Assembly: GCA_036785375.1 (NCBI GenBank) | Contig: JAWMAR010000391.1 | Coordinates: 558,001 to 622,000, forward strand | DNA from: Leucoraja ocellata | Taxonomy: Eukaryota | Length of the DNA stretch: 64,000 nt | Direction: 5' to 3' | Shown here: positions 38,711-51,431 of the stretch, piece by piece | How the letters are laid out: each line of letters begins with the position of its first letter | How positions within the stretch are numbered: the first letter of the stretch is position 1 | Notes under the pieces: model-generated | Seen by the model: only the letters and a program-made list of their open reading frames with translations | The model's database searches: none | What the model was told of the DNA's origin: nothing | Program-made: the position numbers and the translations under genes

Positions 38711-41174
38711 TACTAATCAATAAAGAAACATAATTTTAGAATACATATTAGCTTGGAATATAACTGTGTGTAATCATGCAGTAAGTTTAAACATTTAAAT
38801 CATATTGATTTGAACCAAAGATTGATTAGGCAAAAGGTTTTCTCCAAACAAGAGAACAATACACCCTAAAATGAGATCCTTGTTGCATTTAGATGGGATA
38901 ATTATAGTTTAGGAGTGGTAAATATTCTAATTAGATTTTCTTCAAATCTGTACCTCCATATGGCAACCCCAATATGCTAGATTCACACCACTACATCATA
39001 GCTCTTTGTATAAGCACTAGGTGATCCATCATCTTGTACTGCTATGACCCCAGTGTTTACTGCATGGTAGCAATTTCACTCAAATACAAAGTCAATTATC
39101 TCCTACTTTGTAAATGTCATGGCGGTGGGTCATTATCATTTACTTAAAAACCTGAATGAAATGCAGAACAGAGCCTGGATGGCATTCAGGTGACCCGATT
39201 TAAAACTCCGCACCCTATTCCAGTGTTGACCATCACATAAACAAACTCAGTTAATTTCTTGCTTTTTACTCAAGTAAAAATAAAAACCATGATGCAACAA
39301 GACTTTAGATAGAGCGAAGGAAAAGAACATCTAATAAGCACCCTCTGAAAACGGCATTTCTGGAGATATCCATTGCCCAACAGATTCAATTTTCTCAACT
39401 AAAGAAAAAAATAGCGCAGGCAAATTATAAAAGTTATTTTATAAAGAAATTAGGGAAAACCAAAAATGTCACCAATTATTGGAGTGATGTCACTGGATCA
39501 ATTGCTTATCAAATGCAATTACAATCAAGTCCCTGCCAATTGAAATATAATCTCAGCGCTTTCTCTTAAAGCCAGAATAAAAGTTAGTTATCGTAACTGA
39601 AGTAATCAACACTAAACATCTGACCCAAGAAAAAATCATATTCAAATAGATTAATTTGTTTCTCCAATATCCAAATAATACCATAACTGAATGTGATGCA
39701 TTTGATTTTCTAAAATCTGCAAATATTACAAGCAAGCAACATTTCTGGCATTTTAAAACCACGATTACCGATTACTAAACTTCAAATCGTAAACCCAATT
39801 CTGCAAGTTTATCCCAGTTTCAGAAAGTTATTCCCATGCTTATTGGTGCCACATTTCATAAAAACAAAGAATATTGCAGGCTCGTTCTTGGGTCAACCAC
39901 ATATAATGAATTATTTGGAATTCACATAGGATTTCAGTGCACTACGGTCCACACATGTCTCTGGCATAATTTATTATCTATTTACTCACTGTGCTAGCTC
40001 ATAAAGCTAACCTTTGACCTACTGCAGGCACATGCTATCAATTTTCTCTGGATGCCCCTCAATATCCAATCCTACTATCCTTTAATAAGCTGGAAATACT
40101 TAAAAGATCAAAGCTGTGCTTGACTGCTTCAAGAACAAAGAGCATATTCTAATGGAGTAATAACACAAAACACAAAATTACATTAACTTTCCAAGACTAC
40201 TCACAAGCCCCAAGAACGCAGATCACATAAGAACAGCTGCAATTAAACATGACAGGCAACATTTTTTTTAAACTACAACTTCCCACAATTGCAAAAGCCA
40301 AGTCCTGCGAGGCAGTCTTGCACAGGGTTTATTAAATCTATTTCAGTTCTCCACATATTTGGTAAAGAATGCTTTCAATTTATGGAAAATGTAGGCACAG
40401 TTGTGTTTAAGATCGGTCCCAAACATTAAAATCAGATTTTTAAGGTTACCAACACAAGATCCTGAAATTGTTCATAATACTTTGTTTTCTCATTCACTTG
40501 ATCCACAATAACAATGTTCTTGGGGGAATAAGTCTGATTGGTCACTTCCTACTTTACACAATGCATCGTTCTGCAGAATAAGATGCAAAACTGTGTGCAA
40601 AGTCCCAAGTTTCAAAGAGAATTTCAATGACGTGGCTGAAAATTAGATTTAACTCCCTGTAGGGTCAAGAATGCTCTTTGATTAGAAGCAGATGGAACAA
40701 TATGAAAGCCAGCTCCTGGACCTCATCTTTAAACAGGAAATTCAGAGCTAACCAACTGGCTGTTTCCTAATTGTTCCCAGAGATTCATATTGTTTCTAAA
40801 TGAACACATCTTTTGTGTTAAAATGTCCTTAAGCTTTCATTCATGTTCAAAATACAAGCACAGATTAAAATGACAATCACAAACTCAGAATATTTCATAT
40901 TGAAATCTTCTGTGATCACAACTGTTAATAATGACAATTTATGCAGAGATACTTTAATGCAACTTTCATAACAGCTTAAAATCTCAATATATAAAACCAC
41001 ATAGAATCTTACTTTAAATAACCATCTATTAACAACTTAAACAAAACTAATTAGAATAATATCTGAGCAGTTATAATTTATAACTGATCACTGGTCTGCA
41101 TTATTATCTATTGATCCACTAATTATGTTATCAGATTACAACAGAAATGTTGCATAAAAGAAAGTCAGTCTTAC

Positions 41175-41243
41175 CGTTTTCCTATTGTAGTAATACATAA
41201 GTGAATTACTACCCATACCAGGCACTGTATAAGCACAATACAT
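41175..41243 (-). CDS. TCF12: TCF12 HEBAlt alternative first exon, coding part (69 bp), MYCAYTVPGMGSNSLMYYYNRKT
   Basis: gcaacATG start, 23 codons, ACG|gtaaga phase-0 donor in frame with exon 9; near-identical to the mammalian HEBAlt Alt domain. Confidence 0.93.
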
Positions 41244-41720
41244 GTTGCTCGCTAAAATCTAGCGTGGAGAGATCAGCAACTGTGCACTTCACTGTGCGAC
41301 ACATTCAACTACTCAATTTCAGGCAGACTAATTCCTTAATCTTTCCACACATGGATCTACTCAGAGGGAACTTATGCAAAGTAGGCTGAACCATTCAACG
41401 CAAGAGCTGGGGAGGGAAGTTGAGCTTTATTGGCTACATTCCGCATTCAGCACTTGACGCAGTCACAGCAAACATAACCAGAGCAACGTTCAAATACAGC
41501 TGGATAGGACCAGGGAAAGTGTGATCTCCAGAAAATGTAATCGATTGCTATATTTTGAAATCTTTAGTTTGTTCATTAACTTCAATTAATGCAAAAGGGA
41601 CAAAAAATATTGAAAGTTAAATCTAAATTTAATGCTTACTTTAGCTAAAAAAAAAAGACCGGAAATTCTTTGATGCACCAGTAAATATGCGCGCGCGCGC
41701 GCACACTCACACACTCACAC
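41244..41720 (-). promoter_or_regulatory. Putative HEBAlt 5'UTR/internal promoter
   Basis: Repeat-free sequence directly upstream of the Alt ATG; CCAAT (plus-strand attgg, about 41429), TGACG half-CRE (about 41455), (GC)n(CA)n tract 41689-41720; TSS not determinable. Confidence 0.55.
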
Positions 41721-42494
41721 AGTGAACAAAATATTTCACATGGGAGAAAAACAATTGACTACTATAAATCTATGAAGCACAGAAACAGGAAACAACTCAA
41801 ATAAAGCTATATTCTTTACCCTCATTATAACATGGATCCCAAGAGTCTAGCATTTAGTTATTGACAATGAGGTTCATGCTATTGTGAAAGTCTGGTTGCT
41901 TTACATTAAGACATAAAGTTGCATCACAATCATATGTAGGCCAGCAAGTGTGTTAAAAATCTACAGATAGAAAGCAGCCTAGCTTAATTTCTGTTGCAAC
42001 CCTCTCTATTTCAGGGTGGCTGGGTCAAAACAAAATTACATGGATGTTTCCTTTAACAAAAGGAGGAAAATGCACCCTCACAGGAAAAAGCAAATTCATT
42101 AACACACACGGAGTCTGCCCTACAGTTAGAAAAGCTCAGCAGCAGCTGCAGAAGGACAATATATACGTCAGGCTAATAAAAAGCAAGACAGAATGACGTA
42201 CAACTTCCTCCTGAGACTATGAGGGCCTATTTTGGTCCTGTGAGGCCAGTGGAAAAGCTTTGATTTACAATTAACAATTCCATTCACTGAATCTCCTTAC
42301 GAATGTTTTGTCTTTTCTGGAAGCGTGATTATGTTACAAAGAGCTTTCAATCTCCCAGTCCCTCTTGACGTCAGTATTCCATGAGATAAAATCTTTATAT
42401 CTAAATACTACATTTTGATGTTTATAGGAAAAAATAGCATCTTAATAGATTGCAAAGTTGTGAACTTCCATCAAGTATTTAAATTGTCTTACTA

Positions 42495-44170
42495 TAGTCA
42501 TAGGGTCTTGCAGCACAGAAACAGGCCCTTCGGTCCAACTGATTTATGCTGACCACGATGCCAATCTATGCTCATCTCACATACACACACACATTTGACC
42601 CAAATACCTCTAAACATATCATATCCATGCACCGGTCCAAATATCTTTTAAATGTTGTTATTGTACCAGCCTCAATCACTTCATTTGACAGCCTGTTCCA
42701 TATATGTGCCACCCTCAGTGGGTGGCACATATATAAAACTCCACATACATAAGTGTCCGTTCAGGTTCCTATTAATACTTTCCCTCTTCATCTTAAATTT
42801 ACGCATTATAGTCCTTGATTCTCCAACCCCAGAAACAATTGTGCATTGATCTTATCTATGCTCCTCATGATTTTATACACCTCTATAAGATCACACCTTA
42901 CCCTCCTTGTCTCCAGGCAACAAAGACCTAGCCTGCCCAACCTCTCCTGAAAAGCCAGGTCCTTGAACCCTGGCAACTTCCTCTTAAATCATTTTTGCAC
43001 TCTCCAACTTAATGGCATCTTTCCTATAGAGGTTTGTATAAAAATGAAGACAAACTCCAGGTGCGGCCACACCAACATGTTTACAACTGCAACATAAAGT
43101 GCCAACTTTGTTTCTTAATGCCTTTACTGATGAAAGCCAGCGTACCAAAAGCCTTCTTCATTTTCAACCTGCGATATCACTTTTGGGGAACTATGTTGCT
43201 GCATTTCGAGGTCCCTCTCCTCTACAACCCTTGAGGGCACTATGATTAATTGAGGAAGTTCTTCCCTGATCTGACTTACCAAAATATCGCACCTCGCACT
43301 TATCTGAATTAAACTCTGTTTGCCATTCCTCAGCCCATTACCCAGATGATCAAGATCCCGCTATAATTCTCAATAACCTACTTCGTTGTCTGTGATACTG
43401 TCTTATTTCAGTATCATCTGCGAACTTACTAACTATGCCTTCTACATGCTCATCCTAATCATTGATATAAATGACAGATATGGGCCTAGCTCCAACTCAA
43501 GGCACACCACGAGTCAAGGGCCTGCAGTCTGGAACTCACCCTTTTTTCATCATGGTTTGCTTTCTACGGTCAAGCCAATTAAGCATCAAACTAGCTAGTT
43601 TTAACTGGATCCAATGCAATCGAACCTTCCAGAACTGCCAACCATGCAGAACATTAACAAAGACCTTGTTGAATGAAGTCCATAGAGACTGTGGCGACAC
43701 TGCTGCATTTATCACCCTTCTCCGTTACTTCTAAAAACTCATATTAGTGGAGAATTAATCAACCATGCACAAAACCATCCCTAATCAAACACTTTCCAAA
43801 TGCATGTATATATTATCAGAATTATTTCCAGTACAGATCTTAGGCCTATTAGTCTATAATTCCCAGGTTTTTCTTTGTTGCCCTTCTTAAATAAAGGCAC
43901 AACATTAGCCACCATCCAAACTTCTCCTTTCGCTTCCCAAAGTGTCCTTCCACAGTACATATCTGATCGGGCCCATCTACCTTCATGTTTAAATGTTGTT
44001 ATTGTACCAGCCTCAATCACTTCATTTGACAGCCTGTTCCATATATGTGCCACTCTCTCTGGAAAAAAAGTGTCCCTTCAAGTTCCTATTAATCCCCTTT
44101 CATCTTAAATCTATGCATTATAGTCCTCGATTCTCCAACCTTGGAGAAAACCGGGCCCATCTACCTTTAT
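42495..44170 (-). mobile_element. CR1 LINE fragment(s) with duplicated 3' segment
   Basis: WMVANVVPLFKKGNKEKPGNYR RT N-terminal motif; CR1 3' tail at the left end. Confidence 0.85.
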
Positions 44171-44755
44171 ATCGGTTTGCGCATTCATCACCTCGACTGT
44201 AATACAGACCATCCTCAAGACACTGATATTAACTTTCCCAAGCACCCCAGCCTTCATGTTTGCCTTCACTGTTTCATTATGAATATAAAAACTCAACAGA
44301 ACTAAAAATAGCAGTATTACTTCTCAGAATATTCAAGCATATTTATTGGTTTATGCAGAAACTATTTCATTGAACAAAATCTCTTTAATCAACAACTGCA
44401 TCTTATTGGCATATCTGCATGGTTAATCCTACATTCTATTTGGCAAATAAGCCAGCAGGACATAACTTTGATTTCAAAACTTTATTACAGCCGACACGGG
44501 ATTAACAAGATGATACAAAATAATGTGGACTGTCATCCATGACATCATACTGGCTAGGAATATATATCTGTCATGCGCAAATGTGCTGGATAAATTACAC
44601 CTTTGAAAGCAGGTATGTGATTTATAGCTCAGTCAAGCAATCATGAATTGCTATGTGATGGCAAGCTTCATAGAATATTCACAATAAAGGTGGCCAGCAG
44701 CCCACAACATCCATGTCATTCACCCCAATGAAAATAAAAACTAACTATGTGGAGT

Positions 44756-44938
44756 GTTTAAGAAGGAACTGCAGATGCTGGAAAATCAAAGGTACACAAA
44801 AAAGCTGGAGAAACTCAGCGGGTGCAGCAGCATCTATGGAGCGAAGGAAAAAGGCAACGTTTCGGGTCGAAACGTTGCCTTTTTCCTTCGCTCCATAGAT
44901 GTTGCTGCATCCGCTGAGTTTCTCCAGCTTTTTTATGT
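44756..44938. mobile_element. Fold-back Penelope-derived element with 16-bp TSD
   Basis: Near-perfect palindrome centred on cgtttcgggtcgaaacg; actaactatgtggagt at 44740-55 and 44939-54. Confidence 0.88.
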
Positions 44939-47900
44939 ACTAACTATGTGGAGTTTTGTTCTGTGGAATCGTTCAATTGATTGAAAGAATTGCCAAAGTA
45001 GTGTAGAAAAATGTGATTCATCTGAGATGGATTCAAAGGTGAAAATTTTAGATATTTCAGTTTATTTGAAAAGATAAATATCTTTATAAACATAATCAAA
45101 TATTCCGTACCCCTTTCATATGCTGAGATCATTCATCCCAACCGATGCCATTTCTACTTCAATTTTAGCACAATGATACCTGCATCAAATTTGAGGATAA
45201 CATTATTTTGATTCATACTGAACAAAATACAGTTATGATAAAATATTCATATTTATCATTTGGTGTACATTAAATTCTAAACTAAGTCAGAGGTAAGAAC
45301 GTAAATTATTAAAATCTATTGCGTACCATACTAAAAATAAGTGGCACACAATATCAAGTGTAAACAAGAACTATGAAGTATTGGCTCAGCCTTAATTTAT
45401 TTCCAACAGAACCATAGGGATTAACTCCCTGCCCCACCCCTCAATCCAGTAGATGGAATTCTATTTTTAGAAATCCTTCCTTCTTATTTCAAATTCTTCA
45501 AATTTAGTTGATTTCAAAATTCTCAATATTAATTATAAATAATAATTAACATCACAATAATGGTAACATTCAGGGAATGAACTGAAAAAAGAGAAAGGAT
45601 TGCAGCAATGGTTTGTTATTCAATCCCACAATTAAAAACAATACCTGTACTGGATAACATGTGAAATTCGGGTGCAGTGAATTAAATCCATTTGATGCAG
45701 AGCTATCATTACAACATTCAAATGTGAGTAACTTTTAAAGCTATTGAAGCAAGATTAAATTAATTTTATTAAAATTAAAGAAAGCAAAAAAAACCAAACA
45801 CACAGGCTAACCAAATATCCACTGCCACCTAGTGTTGCTGTATTATAAAACAATTGCATAATATTCAAGTCAGTGAGGACAATGCTGATGGATATTAAGT
45901 AACAGAAATGTTCACCAATTCAGCTACAAAGTAATCAGATTACCAATCTAACTTGCAACTCAATTTCACAAAAATAGTTATGGGCAATTAGCATTAAATA
46001 TGCATATTAATATCTTAAGAGAATAGTAACCCTTGTTTGAGACTGGAATGTTTAAATTTTCCACAACACACAGTAATGTGTTTTAATATTACTATTTTGG
46101 CTAATCAAAATCACAACAAGACAATGAGACGTGGCCAGACTATCCACAATCAGTAGAGGGGATGGGGTTGAGGTTGAGATTGAGAGGGATGTAGGTGGCA
46201 CCTGAAGGTTATGTGGAAGGATGGAATTGGGAAATGCAGTAGAGGTCAGGGGAATGGTGGAACTGTGCCCAGGAGAGGGGAAGGTGAGAGTCGGGGGATG
46301 AGAGAGGACGATAGGATTGCACAGTCGGGAAGGAAGTAATTGTGCAGGAGATTGTGGAAGGGTAGCGGTAAGGAAGGGAAATAGAATGTGCTGGAGGTAT
46401 ATAAGCTGCCCTACTTAACAGCCAACCTTAAAAATTGACCCGTTCTTTGTGTATCCGTTTCCCGCCTTGCAGAGTATTTGAACCATTTTCAGTTTTAGTG
46501 CTTTGGAACACAAGTGGTATGCATGTTATATAGAGATTAAAATCTGCAATCTGCAATTTTAATCTGACAATAATATCCGGGCTCACAGTGACATGATTGT
46601 CCCAAAGGATAAACAAAAGCTCAATGAAATCAGCATATTTAATACAACCAAACAGAAATTTAACTCATTACAGGATGTTTCTGTTACATGGCTTAATAAA
46701 ATAACACAACCCTTCAATGAGGGCATAGGACACACTATTCCAACTATATTGTTAAAAGTCACCAATCCCTGTACGTCATCACCAGTTGAAAAGAAAACAA
46801 AAACAACCTGAATAAAGCCTAATATTTAAACCTTAATATTCAATTTGAGCAGCTCCAATAATTATGATAATATTCCTTTAAGTAGCCATATCTTCAGAGA
46901 AATAGCTCATTAGACAATTCCTTGTGGAATTGATTGAGATTTTAGATTTAACAATTGACAACATGAAGATAGCAATTTTAATTATGCGTTGTGCATTAGT
47001 ATATACATTAAATAAACCACTAGAGCTCGGCATTATGATGCACACAAAAATGAATAACACACCTGCATGATGCTCAGCAGGTAGTAGGCTGGTACAACTT
47101 CTGATTTCCAGCAGATGGCACTTTCAATAAAAGATTGTGACATATTTTAATGATAATCTTAAGTAAATAATAAGAATGTAAATAATTTGAATTGAAATAA
47201 TACATGAGATGACTTTCAACCATCAATGAGATTAGCCGTCCCCCCCCCCCCCCCCCCACCCCCCATATCAATGGAAATTGCAGAATCCTACAAAACAACC
47301 CAACCTGTGAAGTCCAAGCATTATCTGCCCAGATATCAACAAGAAGAGAATGGTTTCCTTGGTTATTATTGTCACAGGTACCCAGGGACAGTGAAAAGGG
47401 CTATCCAATCAAATCGGATAACATTATACATAAATATAATCGACAAACTCAAGGAAGTTTTAAAATCTCTCACCAGTTACAGAATTGTTATCCCTTATGC
47501 AGATCACTCATATACTTGAGGCACAGCAACATTATTTCAAATCACAAGGAAGCAATTCTTATATTTACCCCTCTATATAGAAGTCAGTGGAGCAGGATTA
47601 TAGTTGAATGATCTGCTGAAAATCAGAAGTCAATCTCCTTGTCATTTTCTGTCAGCGATCAAGCCAGCTCAGCTGACCCCAAGCAATTTTTTTTCCTCAT
47701 ACACTACCTTGACTAAAACAGAAATGTCAATTTTTGGCGATATATCTGCAGGACACCAATATTTAAACCTAGCTTCTTTGTTGAAGTATTTTAAACAACT
47801 GCCATAAAAAATTACAGCTCATAATCTGAAATACAAATATTTATTTCTGTGACTAGAACAAACTTTAAGATTTCAAATTAACACTGCATAGACTTTCCCT

Positions 47901-49332
47901 TACTCTTCTTTCAACTAATACACTCAGTTTAATCAGCAAATACAGAGCTATGTTCACATCTTCCTTTAAGTGCTTTGCAGTCAATTATAACACCAAACTA
48001 TAATAAATAAAATGTAAATTGCTATCTATTTTTAGTTAATGCAAATTTTCTTTGCCTAGGGAATAATGATTGGAAGCTCTGCATTTGTTCTGTTTATCAA
48101 GTAGCTATTCAGCCTCCAGTGGGCCAAGTGCTTATGCAAGCATGCCGTTTAAGAGAGTCTGCAGCTGTACACACGGCTTCCAGGTAGGCTGCAGGTTTTA
48201 TGAACAGCTGCCCATGGCTACACTAACTACTGCAGTCCCATCTGGAATGAAGGTCATAGATATTTCCAGGTTCAAGATTTGCAGTTTAAGAAAGCACTTG
48301 CAAAAAAAAAAAAAAAAATTACAAAAAAAATCAGGCGATGCAGAATCAAAATGTCTTCATCTATTCTATTTGTTAAACATCGCGCAACCAGTCCATTCAG
48401 CATATATCAAGATATGACTCATCCAAGTGCACCTGCGTCCATGTGTTAACTGAAATGCTGACAAATAAAAACCATATCAGCATTTGCACAACAAAGAGAT
48501 GATTCCGGCAAGACAGCATCATTTTCTCTCTTGCTCTCTCAGTATTTGGAATAACCAAGCTTTTCTTGGCAACATGGGATTTTACTTCACGCAGGATTAT
48601 AAACAGTCATTTACAATTTTGTTGTTTTAAAGAATAAAGCACATCTAATGCTACAGAAAATCCTGAAAGCATTAGATTATCAGAGGTATTAATGATTTTT
48701 TTTACCAAAACCTACCAACCTTTATTCATCAAAGCATTTTATTCTCAAAGGATAAATTTCAGTGCAAAGAGGAATCAACAAAAGCGTTGCTTGAAAGCCT
48801 TTCTGATGTAAGCCTGAAGTTAGGAAAGGCTTAATGAAGCTTTAAAATCCACCAGGGCTTCACAATGAACATCTGACTTGGTGATTTATGCATATTAATA
48901 ACCTCAGCCTACTCAGGCAATCTGAGTTGTACATGTCCTCGGAATCTTAATGTCTTCAGCTCCATTGGGATTATTACAAATGTAAATTTCTAAGATTCAG
49001 AGCTATTAATCTCTGTCTGTCCTCCTGTTCAGCAACATAATGACTAATTAAACATCAAAAGACCTGTACAGACAATCTTCTTTGACAGCTTCTGTCCTGG
49101 TTTCTCTCCCACGAGGGATTCAAATGACTGGGACAAGAGGTTAGATTGTACAAATAAGCCACATATCATCGTTACTAAATCCAGCAACTAGACATTTGCC
49201 ATCAATAAGCATCGCAAGTTATTTCATTACTACCTTTTGTTGTCATGATCACAACATAAAATTGACAAAAAAAACTCTTCATTAAAAATACAATGACAAT
49301 CACAAGGGTGCATTACGAAAAACTATACTCAC

Positions 49333-49385
49333 AGATGAAGGCAAACCAGGAGGCACCTTTCTTACTTTTTGTGCTTGTGAAGGAT
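49333..49385 (-). CDS. TCF12: TCF12 exon 8 equivalent, 53 bp, (D)PSQAQKVRKVPPGLPSS
   Basis: cacag|AT ... TCT|gtgagt; KVRKVPPGLPSS E-protein NLS motif; phase 1 to 0. Confidence 0.95.
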
Positions 49386-49944
49386 CTGTGCGGAAAGAAA
49401 TAATATGCAATAATGAAAATACAAGAAACCCTGTTCAGTGAAAATTATGTAATTTCATTCAAATTTAGTATTTCCAGTAGTTTGATTTTATACAAATCAA
49501 TGTTGCTGGCAATACGTTGCATATTGCACCTTCAAAAGATTTTCTTTAAAAAGAGGTTTGGGGCATAACACGGATAAAGTCACAGAATGATCAAAATAGA
49601 TTCCAATAGTTTTCAGGACAAACAATTGTGAAAGTTGCTAATGATGTCATGGTGTTAAGATGGATACAAAGCACTGCATGAAGAGCAACTGAAAGTTTTT
49701 GGGAAAGTTTGCAGCAGTTCAGAATTTGAGCTAACATAATTTTTGAGTCTGTGGCTTCGTCTGTAGGTAGATGAAAGCACATCCTCGCCTCCTTTCCCTA
49801 AATCCCCATAGTCAGAGCAGATATCACTGCCTCATGGATCTGTGTCCCGCTAGTTGTGGGGGAAAAAAAGGGAGAAACTCAACTAACCGGATGAAAAAGG
49901 AGAGAAAAAGACCACAGGGGTCTGAAAGATAAATTATACTGGGC

Positions 49945-50170
49945 AGTGTAGTGATACAGCAAGTGGAACCACTGCCTCACAGTGCCAGAGATTCAGGTTC
50001 AATCCTATCCTCGGGTGCTTTCTCTGTGGCGTCTGTGTATTCTCGCAGTGGCTATTTTCTCTGATTTCCTCCCACATCCTAAAGGCATGGGGGTTGACAA
50101 TTAACTGCCGACTGTAAAGTGCCCCCAATGTGCAGGTATGTGATAGAACTTGGTGGAAGTTGATGAGATT
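49945..50170 (+). mobile_element. Degenerate V-SINE
   Basis: ggttcaatcc B-box, tttcctcccacatcctaaag V-domain. Confidence 0.6.
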
Positions 50171-51320
50171 GTAGGAATAAGTATGATAGTTGATGAAGAT
50201 GAGGGATATATCTTTAAATTACAGCAAGAGGGAATGTCAACTCAGAATTCGATGAGGTTACCAGATACCAAAGCACAAGGCAAAACAAATACCAGTGTCT
50301 GTGACAACTGGTAGCAGTGCCCCAAGGGAAAAGAAAGAAATGCTGCAGGGTACATAAGGAGGAACTTAAATGGTAGATGATGCACTCACATGGTCCCAGC
50401 TTTGATTCTGGGTCGCAGCCACAATGATGTTATCTGATAAAGTTCAGTCATAGTTCCACATGACTGAACTACAGTGGGCAGGAGTGAGGATAGGCACATG
50501 CAATATTTTTATAAAATTGGCCAACATTTAGGGAAACATCACATTGTATTTGCAGGCATTGTGAAGGCAATTAGATACTGGGGCTGGTTTGTCTTGGTTT
50601 GATTCAAGACAATTTTACCACTAAAAAAAATCGTAGTTTTAAAGGCGTGCCCTCACCCTTTCTAATTCCTAATTCTTTGACGAAGACAAACGAGACATTT
50701 GACAGAATTCAAGTAAATAGTTTGGGATGAAGTTTCAAGAGGACAAGGAACTCTGTTTCCATGACGACCTAAAGAAATTGATTACTTCTTTCGGGAATTT
50801 ATTCCAAAGCATCTTAGAAGCTTTGTCTTGGCTGTCTGACATGACACATATTAGGAGAAAATATTCAACAAAATTCATCAGCTTCAATCAATTAATTTTC
50901 TATTGCAAGTTAATGGCATTTATGCATTTAGTTCAATAGCAAAATAAATATTAAAATTAGAATATAGGTGTTCAGAATCAATATCAACACTTTCTGATCC
51001 AATTATGAATTGCAACAACCCAGCTTTATCTGGGGGTAACGATTAGCCTTATTCTTCTTTCCCCATGGGCAACACCAGGTTTGATATATATTTAAGTCGC
51101 AAAATCAATTATGATTATTTAGCATTCACTTTCCGTAACTGCTTGCCAAATTGAACCCATCCTATCAACTGCCAAGCCATGAGACATGCTCTTGTACTGA
51201 TTTGTCTTGTTTGATCATACTCCAAGATGGTGGCAGATTTTTCTGCTTATAACAGATGCTCATTCTGCAACCCAAGAATATCTCCAAGCTTTCAAGGTGA
51301 ACGTGACAGATGAAGTAAGA

Positions 51321-51431
51321 CAGTGGCGGACTGGGTCTAAAAATATTGGTTGCCAGGAGACAAGGGGGGCCCACTTCATCAGGGGCCAACTTGCCATCGG
51401 GCAAGCTGACGCCCTGGCCAGTCCGCCACTG
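51321..51431. mobile_element. hAT-type MITE (111 bp)
   Basis: Perfect 14-bp TIR CAGTGGCGGACTGG; 8-bp TSD aagtaaga. Confidence 0.9.

Noticed and set aside
40280-40287. RBPJ-like TGTGGGAA near the HEBAlt exon (HEBAlt is Notch-responsive in mouse)
   Set aside because: The same 8-mer occurs at 1801 and about 57602; a few matches are expected by chance in 64 kb
47239-47264. Poly-C/G run as a G-quadruplex
   Set aside because: Simple homopolymer, common in this window and prone to sequencing error
50441-50470. 11-bp perfect hairpin agttcagtcat/atgactgaact
   Set aside because: Short and isolated, with no supporting context
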